64,000 nucleotides of DNA from Lama glama (GCA_028534125.1 CM052818.1:39682001-39746000); one strand, 5' to 3'. Shown: positions 40,307-54,339, counted from the first letter of the stretch. The notes: generated by a model from the letters alone, not told the origin. Program-made: numbers and translations.

Positions 40307-42199
40307 GTAAGTATCTCCTCTTCCTTAAGTAAGTCATATTAAAAAGTTAAGCCAGTTCTGAAATCCTGTTAAGGGGATGTATGGCGTCTTGCTGCTTCCA
40401 AATCAAGATATAGAATATAGGACAAAACAAGATAAAAATAAAAGATTTCACATATAGAATAGATTCAAGGTCTATACTGAGCTTTTGGAGACCCTGGGGG
40501 TCACTTTAAGTCTCCTACTGCCTTCGGGGTGCATGTATCCTCACTGGAAATAAAACCAGGTTTATGGTCTGCGCAGGATGTTATCTGAGTTTTATCGGGT
40601 TTCTGGGGACATCAAAATAAATGCCACTGTGAAACTTGCTGACGAGATGCATGTAAAACAATCCAGTGAAGGAAAAGGAGCATATCGTACGATCTCTAAG
40701 TTGGGAGTTGCTGTTCTGGTGGAAGAGAGCCCTTACTGGACAAGTGGACATTGGATTCAAATGGAAGCAGGAGTGCAGAAATGGAGGTGCATCCAGGAAG
40801 CAGGTCCAAACCACTAACCTGAGTGGCGATGGGAGATGAAAAGGGAGATGAGATCTACAGTGAGAGCTGTGGCTCAGGATGATGAGTGAGGCAGGCTAGG
40901 AACTAGCTCTGCTGCTGCAGTGAAATGGTCTTCTGCCTAGTTGAGTCCCTTGTAATAAGCTGGCCTCCTTGCTATATGCTGACCCAATTCAGTGAGAAAA
41001 ATTGTCAGGATGGCTTGTTGGGAAACCTTAGGCAAACTACAGGATCATGATACCGTGAAACAGCCTTCAATGACTGTTTGCTTCATTGAGTTTTACTCCA
41101 TTACTAAGTTCAAACCAAGTAAAATACCCTGGGCAAATGCTGATCAAGACAAAAGTATACATCTAAAAAAAATTTAAAATAATTTTGATGGTGCACTGAA
41201 TAACAGAGGATCTTCTGTCTAATATATCATCTGTATTAACAGAGTTCAAAGGACTTTAATTCTGTAATCACTGAGTTGGATAATGGACAAGTCTGTTTTA
41301 TACGGAAGTCAAGAAGGGACTAGGTTATGACTAATCCCGTCAACGTCTCATTGAATAAAAAAAAAAAACTGAACCAGGAAGAGTTTAAATGCTGTGAAGA
41401 CAAAACCATTCTAACATCTCTTTTGCTTGTGTTTGCAAATGTTTATACACATCAACTATATCAAGTTGGAAAGAAGACATTGTAGCAGATACCAATAAAA
41501 TCCTTTGCCAAAAATAGTCAACAGAAATACAGCAGCTTGTAAACTAAATATGCTTAAAGTAGCAGAAAACTGTGACAACCAATGCATTATATGAGGTTGT
41601 ATGATTAAATCTACTGTGTGGATTCAATTATAATTGCAGATGTAGGAGCAGGTACCCTGGCAGACAGACTTTCTAAGCTCAGCTTGCAAAACAGAGTAAC
41701 AAAAGCTGGGATCATACCATGAAAAGTCTCTATTTGATAGCATGCTGCCCCAGGACAATAGTCATTGGGAGGTGGACAGGGGCTAGAACAGATTAGACTA
41801 TGATTAGATATAATGATTAGATGATTCCTTGTGTAGTTAAAGGAATGCATAACAAATACTTGAAATGCCGAGTACAGCAATGTCAATAACTCAGTACCAT
41901 GCAGCTTAGTTATCTGTGTGGTACCTCAGGACAGCAGAGCTCACCACTGTCCCTGCCAACCTGCTGGAATAATTTATGACACGCCTATGGGCAGGGATGT
42001 AGAGGGGATGTGTGTGTGCCTGTGGTGATAAATGGATTCTTGGATAGTATTAGCTACTGAGGCCAGGGATCAATTTGAGTTACTAACAAATTGGTTTCCT
42101 TATTTAAAATCCAAAAATGCCCAAGTAAGTTAAATAGACTATTAATGCAACACCATGAAAAGTCATTTTGTTCTTTGAATTAAGTGTCAGTGGGCCACC

Positions 42200-42430
42200 G
42201 CTAACAGATTTTGAGTACTTACTATGTGCCAGGTGCTGAATTAAATATTTCACATTTTTAACTCATTTACTTCTTTTAGCAGCCTTAAGAAGTAGACATT
42301 TATTAGCTACTAAATTTTCTAGGTGGAGAAAATGAGACCTCAAAAAGCTGTTACTTCCACGAGGTCACACAGCCAATCAGGCAAAGAGTCCGAGCTCAAA
42401 TCGAAGTCTATCAGTCTCAAGTCTAGTTCT
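42200..42430 (-). mobile_element. MIR
   Basis: tttgagtacttactatgtgccaggtgct; gaggtcacacagcc. Confidence 0.85.
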
Positions 42431-42526
42431 TGTGACATTCCCTTGCTTCCTGGGAGGCATCTAAATGCACTCGACCTAGATATTCCAACAACCATGAAAT
42501 TATAGAAAAAATCTGAATGAAAAATA

Positions 42527-42980
42527 TGGTAGAATTATGGCCCTCAAAGATGCCCACATTCTAATTCTCAGAACCTATGAATATGTTTCCTTACATGGCC
42601 CAAAGGACTTTGCAGGTGTAACTAAATTAAGGATCTTGATAGGAGGAGATTATATTGGGTTACCTGGGTGGACCCAATGCAATCACCATGAAGACAAAAG
42701 CTTCAGAGTCAGAAAAAGGACATATAAAAACAGAACCAAAGCTGGAGTGATGGCTTTGAAGATAAAGGAAGGGACCATGAGCCAAGGAATGTAGGTGGCC
42801 TCTAGCATCTGCAAAAAGCGAAGAAATGGGTTCTTTCCAGAAGCAATGCAGGCCCTGCCGACACCTTGATCATAGTCCTGTCTTGAACTTCTAATCTATA
42901 TATAGACTACAAGAATGAACGTGATTGGTTGTAAACCTCTAAATTTGTGGTAGTTACACCAGCAATAGGAAGCTAATACA
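42527..42980 (+). mobile_element. MLT1 solo LTR
   Basis: ccttacatggcccaaaggactttgcaggtgt; ccatgagccaaggaatgtaggtggcctctag; cagcaataggaagctaataca. Confidence 0.9.
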
Positions 42981-43099
42981 GGAAACTGAACTGAAATTAA
43001 AATGTCAAAGGATTTTGTAGAAGAAAGTCCAGGCTAAATTTAGGCTAGTAGCATTTTACTACTGAAGCACTGAGAAGAATATTTTTGGACTTCCCTTAC

Positions 43100-44400
43100 A
43101 CACCATGACCACACTGTTTTAATTATCAAGGTTTTGTAATATGTTTAGATATGTGGATAGCTAGTCACCTCTCATAGCTCTTCCTTTTCACTGCTTTCCT
43201 ACTTATTTTGCAGGTGTGTTTTTCCGCACAAACTTTGGTATCAGCTTGTCTAGTTCTAGAGAAGGCTGATTGAGATTATACCCATTTATAGATTAGTTTA
43301 GAGAGAATGAGCATCTTGATGGTGTCGAGATGTCCCAAGTGAAAACAAGCAGTATCTTTCCATTTACTCAAGTCTTACTTTTATATCTTTTAGGACCTAT
43401 TACTGGGGCAAAGATGGTCTTTTTATATCATGATGCTGGGAAAATTGGAGAATCATTTATAAAAAGATAAAACTAGATCCATATGCACCATATACACATG
43501 AGGAGTTCTAAATGAATCAGAAACCTAAATGTAAAAAAAGAAAAAGAAACTACAAGTATAGATGAAAACATGGGAGAATTCCTCTGTAACTTGGGTGTAG
43601 TGTTTCTATACTGTGCTTTTGTTTATTCTTTTACTTGTAGTATTTCTGCAATTTGTTTTAGAGGCATCTCTTATATGCAGCACATGTTTGGATTTTGTGT
43701 TTGTGACCCAATCTATAAAACTTTAAGAGATTAGTTTGTTTTATTTACATGTATTAGTATAATAATATAAATATAACATGCATACATGTGTATAGTTTGT
43801 TTTAATTCTCTTATGTTTTTGGTTTTAAATAGTTCCTTGAAATCCATTACCTAAGCTGGCTGTGGCATACATTCAGTTGTTCTGTATCCGTTTTTCTTGG
43901 CAGTTAGGATGATTTTCAATCAATAGACTCAATAGTTCTGTAATGCCTTGAGTTTTTTCTGTATTAGGACTTCAGTATATATTGTTTGATTTACTGGATT
44001 CTTCACTTCAGAGACTCCAGTCATGTCATCTTTAGGTTAGAATATGCCACCCCATTACCAAGTGCTTTGGTACCTTAATCTTTTTCCCGCCTCTGTATTC
44101 ATTAAGATTATTTTAAATATTTTCCAATGTGCCAGCAAGTCAGTTTTAAGTAGTCAACTCTGTTAGAATCTGTTACTAATTAATTATATTTTCTGTATCA
44201 CATTATTATATTCTGGTCCTTGGTTTGTTTTCTGCACTCTAAAAGCTCCCTTTTCATCTTATTCTGTTATTGGAACATGTCATCTCTGAGTTCATCTTGC
44301 CTGGCGCTTGCCTTCCTTCTGCGGGTGATAGCCCTCTTGTCTCTCATCTATTATCAGCTTCATCATCACCTCTTTCTACAATGTGTATGCAAAATTCTCC
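43100..44400. mobile_element. Mosaic of old L1M fragments in both orientations
   Basis: Antisense ORF2 (gattagtttagagagaatgagcatcttg) and sense ORF2 (tgatgctgggaaaattggag...cctaaatgtaaaa) motifs. Confidence 0.6.
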
Positions 44401-44404
44401 CAGC

Positions 44405-45168
44405 CTTTTTTTCTTAACATTTTTTATTGATTTATAATCATTTTACAATGTTGTGTCAAATTCCAGTGTTCAGCACAATTTTTCAGTCATNNNNNNNNNN
44501 NNNNNNNNNNNNNNNNNNNNNNNNNNNNNNNNNNNNNNNNNNNNNNNNNNNNNNNNNNNNNNNNNNNNNNNNNNNNNNNNNNNNNNNNNNNNNNNNNNNN
44601 NNNNNNNNNNNNNNNNNNNNNNNNNNNNNNNNNNNNNNNNNNNNNNNNNNNNNNNNNNNNNNNNNNNNNNNNNNNNNNNNNNNNNNNNNNNNNNNNNNNN
44701 NNNNNNNNNNNNNNNNNNNNNNNNNNNNNNNNNNNNNNNNNNNNNNNNNNNNNNNNNNNNNNNNNNNNNNNNNNNNNNNNNNNNNNNNNNNNNNNNNNNN
44801 NNNNNNNNNNNNNNNNNNNNNNNNNNNNNNNNNNNNNNNNNNNNNNNNNNNNNNNNNNNNNNNNNNNNNNNNNNNNNNNNNNNNNNNNNNNNNNNNNNNN
44901 NNNNNNNNNNNNNNNNNNNNNNNNNNNNNNNNNNNNNNNNNNNNNNNNNNNNNNNNNNNNNNNNNNNNNNNNNNNNNNNNNNNNNNNNNNGATTTGCATT
45001 TCTCTGATAATTAGTGATATTGAGCATTTTTTTCATATGCTTTTTGATCATTTGTGTGTCTTCCTTGGAGAATTGCTTGTTTAGGTCTTTTGCCCATTTT
45101 TGGATTGGGTTGTTTATTTTTTTCTTATTGAGTCGTATAAGCTGCTTATATATTCTGGAGATCAAGCC
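44405..45168 (-). mobile_element. Young camelid L1 3' portion spanning an assembly gap
   Basis: 3' end matches the 12619-12792 family; ORF2 peptide [35 protein letters not shown]. Confidence 0.92.
44491..44990. other. Assembly gap (500 N)
   Basis: N run. Confidence 1.
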
Positions 45169-46823
45169 TTCTCATGCTCTAAGTGAACATCTTCGTCTAG
45201 CCTTTGTTCCTTTGTCCTGATGCAGTGGGAGTAAACTCCCTTTCCATCTTGACTGAGCACTGTCTTTCCCCTTGAAGGTACAGTTCAGATGCGATTTTCC
45301 GTATCCTAAAGACCAGAGGAGGGAGAAAGGGGATCAGCAGCTTGAGGAAAGCCTCAGCCAGGACAATCTGTAACCTTGGTTTGCAGTTAGAGTCTATTCT
45401 CTCCTCTTGGGTTTTGTTAAACTAAGCATCAAATCCCGCAGCATCTTCTATAGGAACCTCCGCCTCAGTGTTGTTTTATTCATTTAGCTTTTTCAGTGCT
45501 CCTTGTAAAATGTTGAAGCATGAAAGAAATATTTGTATCCACAGAACAAACAGAAAACTGAAAGATCAAAAGTAACGATTTGTTAATAGATGTCTGTAAA
45601 ATGCCACATTATGCCAAATGTTTTCATTGTTAAATTTGATATTAATAAAAACAATCTATTATGCTTGAAAGGAATTATATGTTCAATGTTCTTGTTTTGT
45701 AAGAATTCCCAAGCTTGCATGATACTTGCGAATTAATCATCATAATTTTTAAGTGTAATAAACTACTGGAAACAAAAATAGTTTTAAAAGCAGAATTATA
45801 AAGGAATTTCCAAAAAAAATGTATGGGCAACAGTCTCATTTAATGGGGGATGCGGGTGAATTTTAATATATTTTTTATACTGGAGAGGCGATTCCAAAAA
45901 TAAGAGTGTCTAGAAACTCTAAGCACCATAAATGTCCCATTATTCTGGGGCTGCAGATATGTTCTCACTTCCAAGGGCCCTGGATCCTCTGCTTCAGTCA
46001 GATGCCTGGCATCCTTATCCTACCCACCTTCACCTTTCTGATGCCAGCAGCCTTTTCTGCATCCTCCCAAGCAAAACAGGGAAAAGAGATGGTAGAAGTA
46101 GTCATGGTGGGTCCGTGTCATATTTATGGTGACTCTGAATATTTTGAAAGCCTCTCTATAGTCTGCTATTTTTTCTGCATTATGGGTCCTGCCTCCCCGA
46201 GGTAGGAGCTAGGAACTAATTCTTTTGATCTTGGTGCAGTCAGGGCACAGGGTTATGACCCTATTTATGCTGCCGACTGTATATATCACCCAGGCTGCAA
46301 GAATTAAGGGTGGACCTCCTCTTGAAATCTGTGCTCTTGCCCCATCTTTTGCACGCTGGTGAAGAGGAAGTTCATTGTGGAATTGCTTCCTGGACTGGGA
46401 GGATAGCGGGGCCCGGGGGAGACACGAGGCTTTCAGATGCAGTGATGGCAGAGGTCCTAGCAACAGCACCCCTGGTGCAGGGTCTGTGGGGTGCCCCACA
46501 GCACGTGGACACGGATGGTAAGACTAAATTGCAAGCAGTTCTTTAACATGCTTGAGTCTTGTTCCAGACTGCAAAGCAGCCTGTCTGATTCTCTGGCTCT
46601 CCTACAGTTGCTGTGGATTTCCTTTAGGGGAAAAAAAAAAGTTTCTTCTAAAACTAGCCAGAGTGCCTGGCTGCACTTGGTTTTGGTTCCTGTGAGAAGA
46701 GACCACAATACTGCCAGGTTCTCAAGGTGCCGCTTCTCCAGGCTGCTGCAGCTACTTTCTCTTTGTATTCCCTGTGGTTGAAACTACTCTTCATTACGGC
46801 TCTAGACAGTACGGCTCTGGGCT

Positions 46824-47308
46824 AGGGCTGTCAGATTTAGGAAATAAGAATAAGGGATGCACCGTGGCTTATACGATTCAATGGTACGAAATGTCCAGCT
46901 AGGCGAGTGTACAGAGACAAAACACAAATTAGTGGTACAAAATGCAGACTAGTGTCTGCCTTGGGCTGAGTGCACAGGTGTGAAGTGGCTGCTAATAGGT
47001 ACTCGTCTCCTTTTGGAGTGGTGACAGTGTTCTAAACAGGGACTGTGGTGACAGTTCGGCAGCTCTGTGAATATACTAAAAACCATTAAGTCAAGTTATG
47101 TAATTTAATTGGGTGAATTTATGGCACATAAATTATTCCTCAATAAAAAAAGTCAAAACATTAAAGACACTTAGTTAAATCTGAATTTCAGATAAACGAA
47201 AAATAATTTTAGTATGTCCTCTATAATATTTGGAATACACTAAAAATATGTCTTGTTTATCTGAAATTCAGATTTAACTGGTGTCCTGTATTTCCTCTGG
47301 CAAACCTA
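46824..47308. mobile_element. MER53-like palindromic MITE split by an L1MB-type 3' end (~46860-47165)
   Basis: agggctgtcagatttaggaaataa ... agttaaatctgaatttcagataaac...gtttatctgaaattcagatttaact...ctggcaaacct. Confidence 0.8.
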
Positions 47309-47749
47309 CTCTGGGTATTAATGGTGTTCTTGCTTTTCTGCCCATCTCAAGTAAGGATCACCAGAATGGCAAACCCCAGAAAATGTTTTATTTAGTTTTT
47401 ACGTTTAGTTTCTCAGGGTCAGGCTCTTAGCTGCACCAAACAAAACCATGTAGATGCTTGGAAACTTATGTCATAATCTTTCAGTGACCTCCAGTCTTTC
47501 TTTTCTATGATGGTTGTTTTAATTTCCTGAAAATATCTGGTTTAACCATCATCTTTTTTTTTGCCTCGCCACCTTCCTCAATATTGATGTATGTAGGGCT
47601 CAAAAAATTATGCTGCAGAAACTGTGCAGTTAACTTACAAAAAGTGACGAATTACTATCAGTCAGAATATTTTATCAGGAAACTTCCTTTCTAAAAAATT
47701 ACCAATCTTTATGCATAAAGTAGGGAACAATTGCAGGGATACTTCAGTT

Positions 47750-47922
47750 ACAGAATGAAAATCTTGCAGTGGAGGTCAGTGAGGCAGTTGCAAAGGTCCA
47801 CCCAAGTTCAGGGGGTGGGGACACAGACTCCACTTCTTGACGGAGAAGTGACAAGGTCCTATTGTATGAAAGGGCATGTGGGATGGGAAATACTGCCATC
47901 TTTGGAAAATACAAACTGACAC
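47750..47922 (-). mobile_element. MLT1 LTR fragment
   Basis: cagactccacttcttgacggagaagtgacaagg...gccatctttggaaaatacaa. Confidence 0.7.
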
Positions 47923-48054
47923 AGTTTAGTCATCAATATTTTAATAGAAGGCCAAATCTATTTAGTTAAGTTGGGGTTCACTAATCAGAATTCCTATTGT
48001 TTCATTTATATAAACCATCTTAACGCATGGCCGAAGATTTCAACTTAGAAAAAA

Positions 48055-49385
48055 GAGTTAACTGTGTTAGGTGACGGGTGTGTTAATTAACTTGATTGTG
48101 GTAATCCTTTCACAGTGTATATGTATGTCAAATCATCCTGTTGTACACTTTAAATATACACAACTTTATTTGTCTATTATTCCTCAATTAACCTGTAAAA
48201 ATAAAAATCACTAATTTTTTTCTGGAGCTAGATAGTTGATTGTAAAATTCATTTAGGGGAATAAATAAGCAAGAACATCAAGAAAACCCTTAAAAAAAGA
48301 AGCAGGGCAGGAAGCTAACCTACTAAATATTTGAAACATATTATTCTGTTAACTATTAACTGAATTAAGTATTAACACTGGTACGTGAATAGACAGACCA
48401 GTGGAAAGGCATTAAAACTCCAAAAATATTCTTTTTAATTAGTATGTGATAGAGGTGGCATCTCAAATTAGGGAGGGGAGGGATGGACTTATGAATAAGT
48501 GATGAGATAACTGGATAGTCACGTGGATAGAGATAAAATTAGATGTATTCCTCACCCTGTATGTGAGGATAAACCATCAGGATGATATCTAAAATGATCA
48601 GCCATTTAAAATGTCATTTTAATAAAATGAAACCGTGACAGATACTACAAGGGGAGATGGTAAATTCTTCATATTGTGTCCATGGGGAGAACATCACTAG
48701 CTATGACCCAAAATCCAGCAGAAATAAGCAATAAGGAAAGAATTCATTTGATTACTTAAAATTTCTAAAAATTAATTTGCATGACAAAAATAATGAGAAA
48801 AGTGACAATGACAATTTACAAATACTGGCCACTTATATTACATAAGGATAATATACCTGATGTTTGGGTTCAACGGTGTAAAACTCTTCACTTGCTGATG
48901 TTCAAAAATGGCCATTTTATATTGATTAACATAATATATGAAGAACAGCTGAAAAAGAGAGTAAAATTTTTAACAACCCTTTAGAAAAACAGTCTGGAAA
49001 TATAAGCACACAGTTCATAGAGAAAAAGAAATGCCAATGACTTGTAATCCATATGAAAAATGTTTAACTTCACTCATTATAAGAAAATGCATATTCAAAC
49101 TACAGGGAGATAACATTTCTCACCTATTACATTGGCAAAAATTCCAAATGTTGACAACGTGTGCTATTATTGAGGCTTCTGGGAAATAAGCACCCTTATC
49201 TTGTTGATGGGCATGCAGATTACACAACTCCGCGGAGAGGAGGAATTGATCCTACCCAGCATAATTACATACACGTTAATCCTCTGACTCAGCCATCCTC
49301 CTTCTAGGGATACTTGGACGTTCATTATACTTTTCTGTTTACTTTTGAATATGTTTACCATTGTTCATAATAAAAGGTTGGTGAA
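48055..49385 (+). mobile_element. L1M 3' end followed by old L1 ORF2 fragments
   Basis: ggtgtgttaattaacttgattgtggtaatcc; gaaaaatgtttaacttcactcatt; tttctcaccta..attggcaaaaatt. Confidence 0.75.
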
Positions 49386-49789
49386 AAGGACAAACAAAAA
49401 CAAGAAATGGAGGGTGTTCATTAGACCAGTCAATTGGTTGAGGTCAGTTAAAAGAGATTCCACTCCATTTTAATGCAGAGCCATCTGGAGTTGCAGCTTC
49501 ATGACAAATACACTTTCCAGGGTTCTTAGCAAGCTAAGAGTGAAGAGGGAGGCCAATACGTCACTGTGATTACTGGGATGGAAACTAGGGTGGTGGGTAT
49601 AATCATCTGTAGTTGATGAAGGGGCCGGCCAGTTTGGTGGGTAGAACAGGTCCTGCTGGCTCTGTCACGAAACCCATTTAAGCGATGTCCAAATGCAAGC
49701 CTTGGGCATCCACACTTGCTTTTTTAATGCAAATTCGGAAAGTTGCAATTTATATTCAATTTGGAAAACAAGAGAGAATTCACTAAAAC

Positions 49790-49955
49790 AGAGAACATGG
49801 GTTAGAGCACGTTTATGTACTTCTGCTGCAAGTATACAAGCAGACCTCTGTGACTGTGAGTAGATGACAGCTCTGGGTCTCCATTTTCTCACCTGTAAGG
49901 TGAGCGGTTTGTTCACATGGTGTCGGAGGGTCCTTCCAACTGTAACATCTGCAAA
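49790..49955 (+). mobile_element. MIR (MIR3-like)
   Basis: ctctgggtctccattttctcacctgtaagg...ggtccttccaactgtaacatct. Confidence 0.65.
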
Positions 49956-50949
49956 TTCCAGGCAGCTGCATCTCTAGAGGCGTGGCCTCCAATGCGTTAA
50001 CACTTGGCAGCTACAGCGAAAGGGGGCTTGGAGTACTGTTGAGACAATGTTGCGTGACACTCTACCTAGACCCTCAGTCCTTGCTCTGACCAGCTTTGAT
50101 AGTCTGCCCCAACTTAGAAGTTGCCCTACTCTTGAGCACTGCTCAGCATTTCTTTTTATGAAGACCATTTGAATGTTTCTGTTATACATCTTGGTTGCCA
50201 TGCAAACTTGGCTCGCAGAAGCCTGAAACAAACCCCAAACACCTCCTTACATACTTGCTTTATGACATTTTATTTGAATGCCAATATAACAAGTTTATAG
50301 TAAATGGAGGATATGGCAGGAGACTAAAATAACACCATAGTCTTTGAACACTCTAATCTGAGCTTAATAATTTTAAGATTTTTAGACATTTGTAACTCAA
50401 CCAATGGGCATAATCTAGTAGTAATGGTACTTGGGTAAAGATGTTATGCACGGAGCTCGAAAAGATTGTATTGGATCAAATAACACAGTGGTTCCAAAGG
50501 AAACTAAATCTTTTTAAAACCCTCAAACATCAGTTTAAACTGTTAACTTTAATTTTATTTTAAATTCATGTTAAAGTAATTGCATCAAGCTGGAATTAGG
50601 TACCGTCTCTGACTCTCCTTCTACAGAGTTAACCGTTTCATGTATTAGAAATACAAATATAGTTATTCAAGAGGGGAGAAGGTTAAGAACAAGCTAGAGG
50701 TTTCTACCTACTGTGATTTTGCATAATCAGTACCTCTAGGTGCTTCCCCCACAGCCTGGACATCAGTCATCCATCTCTCCATCTTTCGGAAGACAGAGCA
50801 TCCATCTGAGCAATAACCCAGTGGAGAGACCACAAAACAGTTCTCAAGTCACTGAACAAAGTGACAATTCAGCCAGTACCTTGCTCATTAAGAATGTGAG
50901 TGTTCAAAGTTGGTTTCGTGATGCTCTTCAGGTAACAACTCTTTGAAGG

Positions 50950-51140
50950 TGCAGCCTTATGGAACAGAGAGAGCACTGGACAGGGAGTCACCCAGACCCG
51001 GATTCCAGGACCTGCTCAGCCAGTCTCTAGCCTCCTAACTTTAGAAAATTTCTCTCTCTTGGTCTCATTATTCAAAACTATGAAATTAAGGGGATTAATA
51101 AAATCTCAAGGGTCCTGTCAGAGACTGATGTTCTGGGATT
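50950..51140 (+). mobile_element. MIR (MIR3-like)
   Basis: gagagcactggacagggagtca..agacccggattccagg. Confidence 0.7.
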
Positions 51141-51548
51141 TTTCATTTAGCAAAGCTCTTTGGATGTGAGCAGCAAGCAGGGAACCATCCACAGGGAGCA
51201 TTGTAGAGTGGGAATTTGACTTACTGCTTCTTGTTTTCCTGTGACCACAAACTCAGCCACATCAAGAAGCAGCCAGGAAATGCCCAAGTGCTCTCATTTG
51301 GTCAGTCTCAGGCTGCTGTGGGGCAGTATCCAGGTCATTATGTGGGAAAAATAAGGAAGCAAGGAAGGCCTTTTAATTCCAGCTTTTTCTTGACAAACAA
51401 TACTCCAGACCCCCATCTGCAAGGGGGCACTGCACTGTCAGAGAGGGCAAGGACCCTCCAGCAGAGGACTGCTGCGGTCATCAGAGCCTGTAAGAGCAGA
51501 CCGTCCAGCCAGATGCGGACATGCAGGCCAGCTTCAGGATGGACTCAC

Positions 51549-51600
51549 CAAGGTCATTTCTGGGTGCACAGAGGGCAGCCGACAGAGAGTGAGGTCAGGA
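51549..51600 (-). other. Candidate 52-nt exon
   Basis: ggtttcttgcAG acceptor; TTG|GTGAGT donor. Confidence 0.2.
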
Positions 51601-52950
51601 CTGCAAGAAACCAGCCAGAGCTAATGGTCAAGGGGTAGCCCAAGTCAGAGCAGAGGGGCACTTCCTAACACTGGCCATTTGGGACCAGACTCCCATTCTT
51701 CCCAGTTGTACCACGCAGACATGAGCCAGCTCCCACATAACTTCCTTTTGAGCTCTTAAAATGTAAGTGCCCAGATGTGATCTTGGAGGCATTTAGCTAC
51801 TCTGAGACTCATGCTTCACACAGAATCTAAGGTCTTTGATTTTCTTTTTTGAACACGAGCGTCAGGATGTGAATTGGTAACTTCCCAGGCTGTGGCCCTC
51901 AACTTCATTTTTCCAAGTAATTTTTCTTCTGCTAGATACAGAGCAGAGTCACCTGTAGAGTAGTTTCAATACTTAATTTTTTTGAATGTATCATATCTAG
52001 AAGACATAGAATGGAAGGCTCATCTCAATTTCCTTATTTTGAACAGGGATTTAAAAATACAGTCATGTCAAAAATAAGATAAAATAATTAAAGATATATG
52101 GTCATGGTATTTTTAATGGCATATATTTCAGGTATCTACACATCTAAAGCCTCACTTCAGCAGGAAAAACATAAAATTATTAAAATCAGGATTTGTTTAG
52201 ATTAATATAATCAAGTGTAATCATTTATTTTAATTAAACTCTTCTTCCTTTGTTAAAATGGTAATACTTATCCCGTAAATTATGTACTTGAATTTCTTAT
52301 GGGCCTGTTTGAATTTCTGCTCTTGGAGTAGGCGGGATCCAGGCTTAGACACTATTCTGTATGAATGCCTATGTGATGAGACATGAGACCTCACTTAAAC
52401 AAAGAAGGATTACTTTTGTGATGGATTTGTAGATTTGTTTAATTTTATTCCTTATTGTAGAAATTAACTGTTTTAGGGTCTTCAAATATTTTTTACACCC
52501 ACTATAGAATAGAGTTCTAGATTATTCTAGAAAAAGGAGACTATTCTTCCTTAAAGAGCACACACATGTTCCAGGTGACAAGCTACCTGAGACCTAGGGA
52601 CTTTGTCTGTGAATTATTCAGCATTCAGTCAGTTCAGCTTTGGGTGAATGGTGTATATGTGAGGAGAGGGGTGTTGGAGGAGTCCTTGCCCTTGAGAACT
52701 TTAAGTCCAATGGAGAACATAATAACCAATCAAGAAATAGGAAATATTAGAGGAATTACTTGTGTTTGGGATACGAATCAACCCCAGCAGTAAGCCCTGC
52801 TTTTTCCCTAATCGTCAGTGTCCTGCACTGATTGATACCATCTTGCAAAAGGATGAGACAGGATATTCTCTGTTTCTGCAGACCCTGAAAGACCTCATTT
52901 TCTTCTCCCTGTTAAGACTCTGCAGGAGATAAGACAAACGGGGATGGAGT

Positions 52951-53430
52951 TGTGATGGTTCCTTTTGTGTGTCAACTTGAGTGGGCTGCAGGATGCCCAG
53001 ACATTTGGTCAGACGTTATTCTGATGTATCCGTGAGGGTGCTTCCGGATGAGAGTAACGTTTGAATTCTCAGGCTGAGTAAAGCAGATTGCCCTCCCCAC
53101 TGTGGTGGGGGCGGGGCTCATCAGGTCAGTTGAAGGCCCAAATAGAACAGAAAGGCTGAGTACGAGGGAACGCCTCCTGCTTTGACTGTTTGAGTTGAGA
53201 CATTGGTCTTTTACTGACTTCAGATTTGAACTGAAAAATGGGCTCTTTGTGGGTCTCCAGCCCATCAGCTTTCAGACTGGAACTTACACCATCGGCGCCT
53301 CTGGCTCTCAGGCCTTTGGACGGAGACTATAGGTTAGAGCTCTTGACCCTCCAGTTTGCCAACTGCAGATCTTGGAACTTTTCTGCCTCCATAATCATAT
53401 GAGCCAATTCCTTATAATAAACCTCTTTTT
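52951..53430 (+). mobile_element. MLT2 (ERVL) solo LTR
   Basis: tgtgatggtt..ttttgtgtgtcaacttgagtgggct; gcctccataatcatatgagccaattccttataataaa. Confidence 0.9.
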
Positions 53431-53469
53431 AGATAGATGAATAGATGATGATGATGATGAAAGTTGCAA

Positions 53470-54267
53470 AAACAAAATTAGGTATGGAGGCAAATATATA
53501 TTTAGAAAGGGAAAAGAAATCACAAAAAAATCATATATTTTAAAGAACTGACAAATATCATATATGCCACAAAATCCATAAATATAACTTAATACTTTCG
53601 ATAATTAATTGCCTGATACATCTCTGTGATGGGTTGTCCCTACATTTTTGGCTGCCTATTCTTCAATGACCTTTTCATGTATATTAAAAAAATTGGTGTA
53701 GAGAGAATGAAAAGGTAATTTAGTCTTTTCTCTAGTATGATTGATCAGATTTTACTTTTTACCATTTATAGTTTAGGGAACTTTATTTCAGTTTTATAAC
53801 TCGCTGTTGGTAATGTAAGTTTTTTAAGATTTAGGAAAACTTCTATCAAGTGTCTCATATAAGACTGAGTAAAGTTGAAAGAATTTCCCACAGCCTAGCT
53901 GCTAGCTCCAGATACGTCTCTTTGTGTGTGTGGCCCGCTGCTTCCGTGGGGGCACCTCAGAACGCACGCATAGCGCCTCTGATCTTCACCTTCATTGAGT
54001 GCTCAGTCATTCGGCAAGGTGGGTATAGGAGTCTTCCCGGAAGCCATCCCTACATGATGAAGGAAAGTGTGACTGAAGGAAAGTCAGAGTAGAAAGAGAA
54101 GGCAGCCTTAACTAATCTTAGTTAAATATCTTACTTTTTCAAAATGCGCAAAATCTTCTGACTGTATTATGCATCGTTAGACTCTTGCCAGGACCTTACA
54201 AAGGGCCCGGAGAAGTGAGGGGACCTGAAGCTTAACTCGGTCAGTTTCACGGCAAAGCTCTCTCTGG
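53470..54267 (-). mobile_element. hAT-Tip100 DNA transposon (Zaphod/MER115-like)
   Basis: Terminus aagtgagggggacctgaagcttaa...tttcacggcaaagctctctctg. Confidence 0.6.
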
Positions 54268-54339
54268 ATGGTCCAATGAACTGAGGCCTCAGACCCCTGC
54301 TTTCAGGCTTCTTATTATTTATTCCTTATTTGCCATCTG

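Noticed and set aside
44427..45165. Long ORFs across the first gap
   Set aside because: Artefacts of the N run; the real residues are L1 ORF2.
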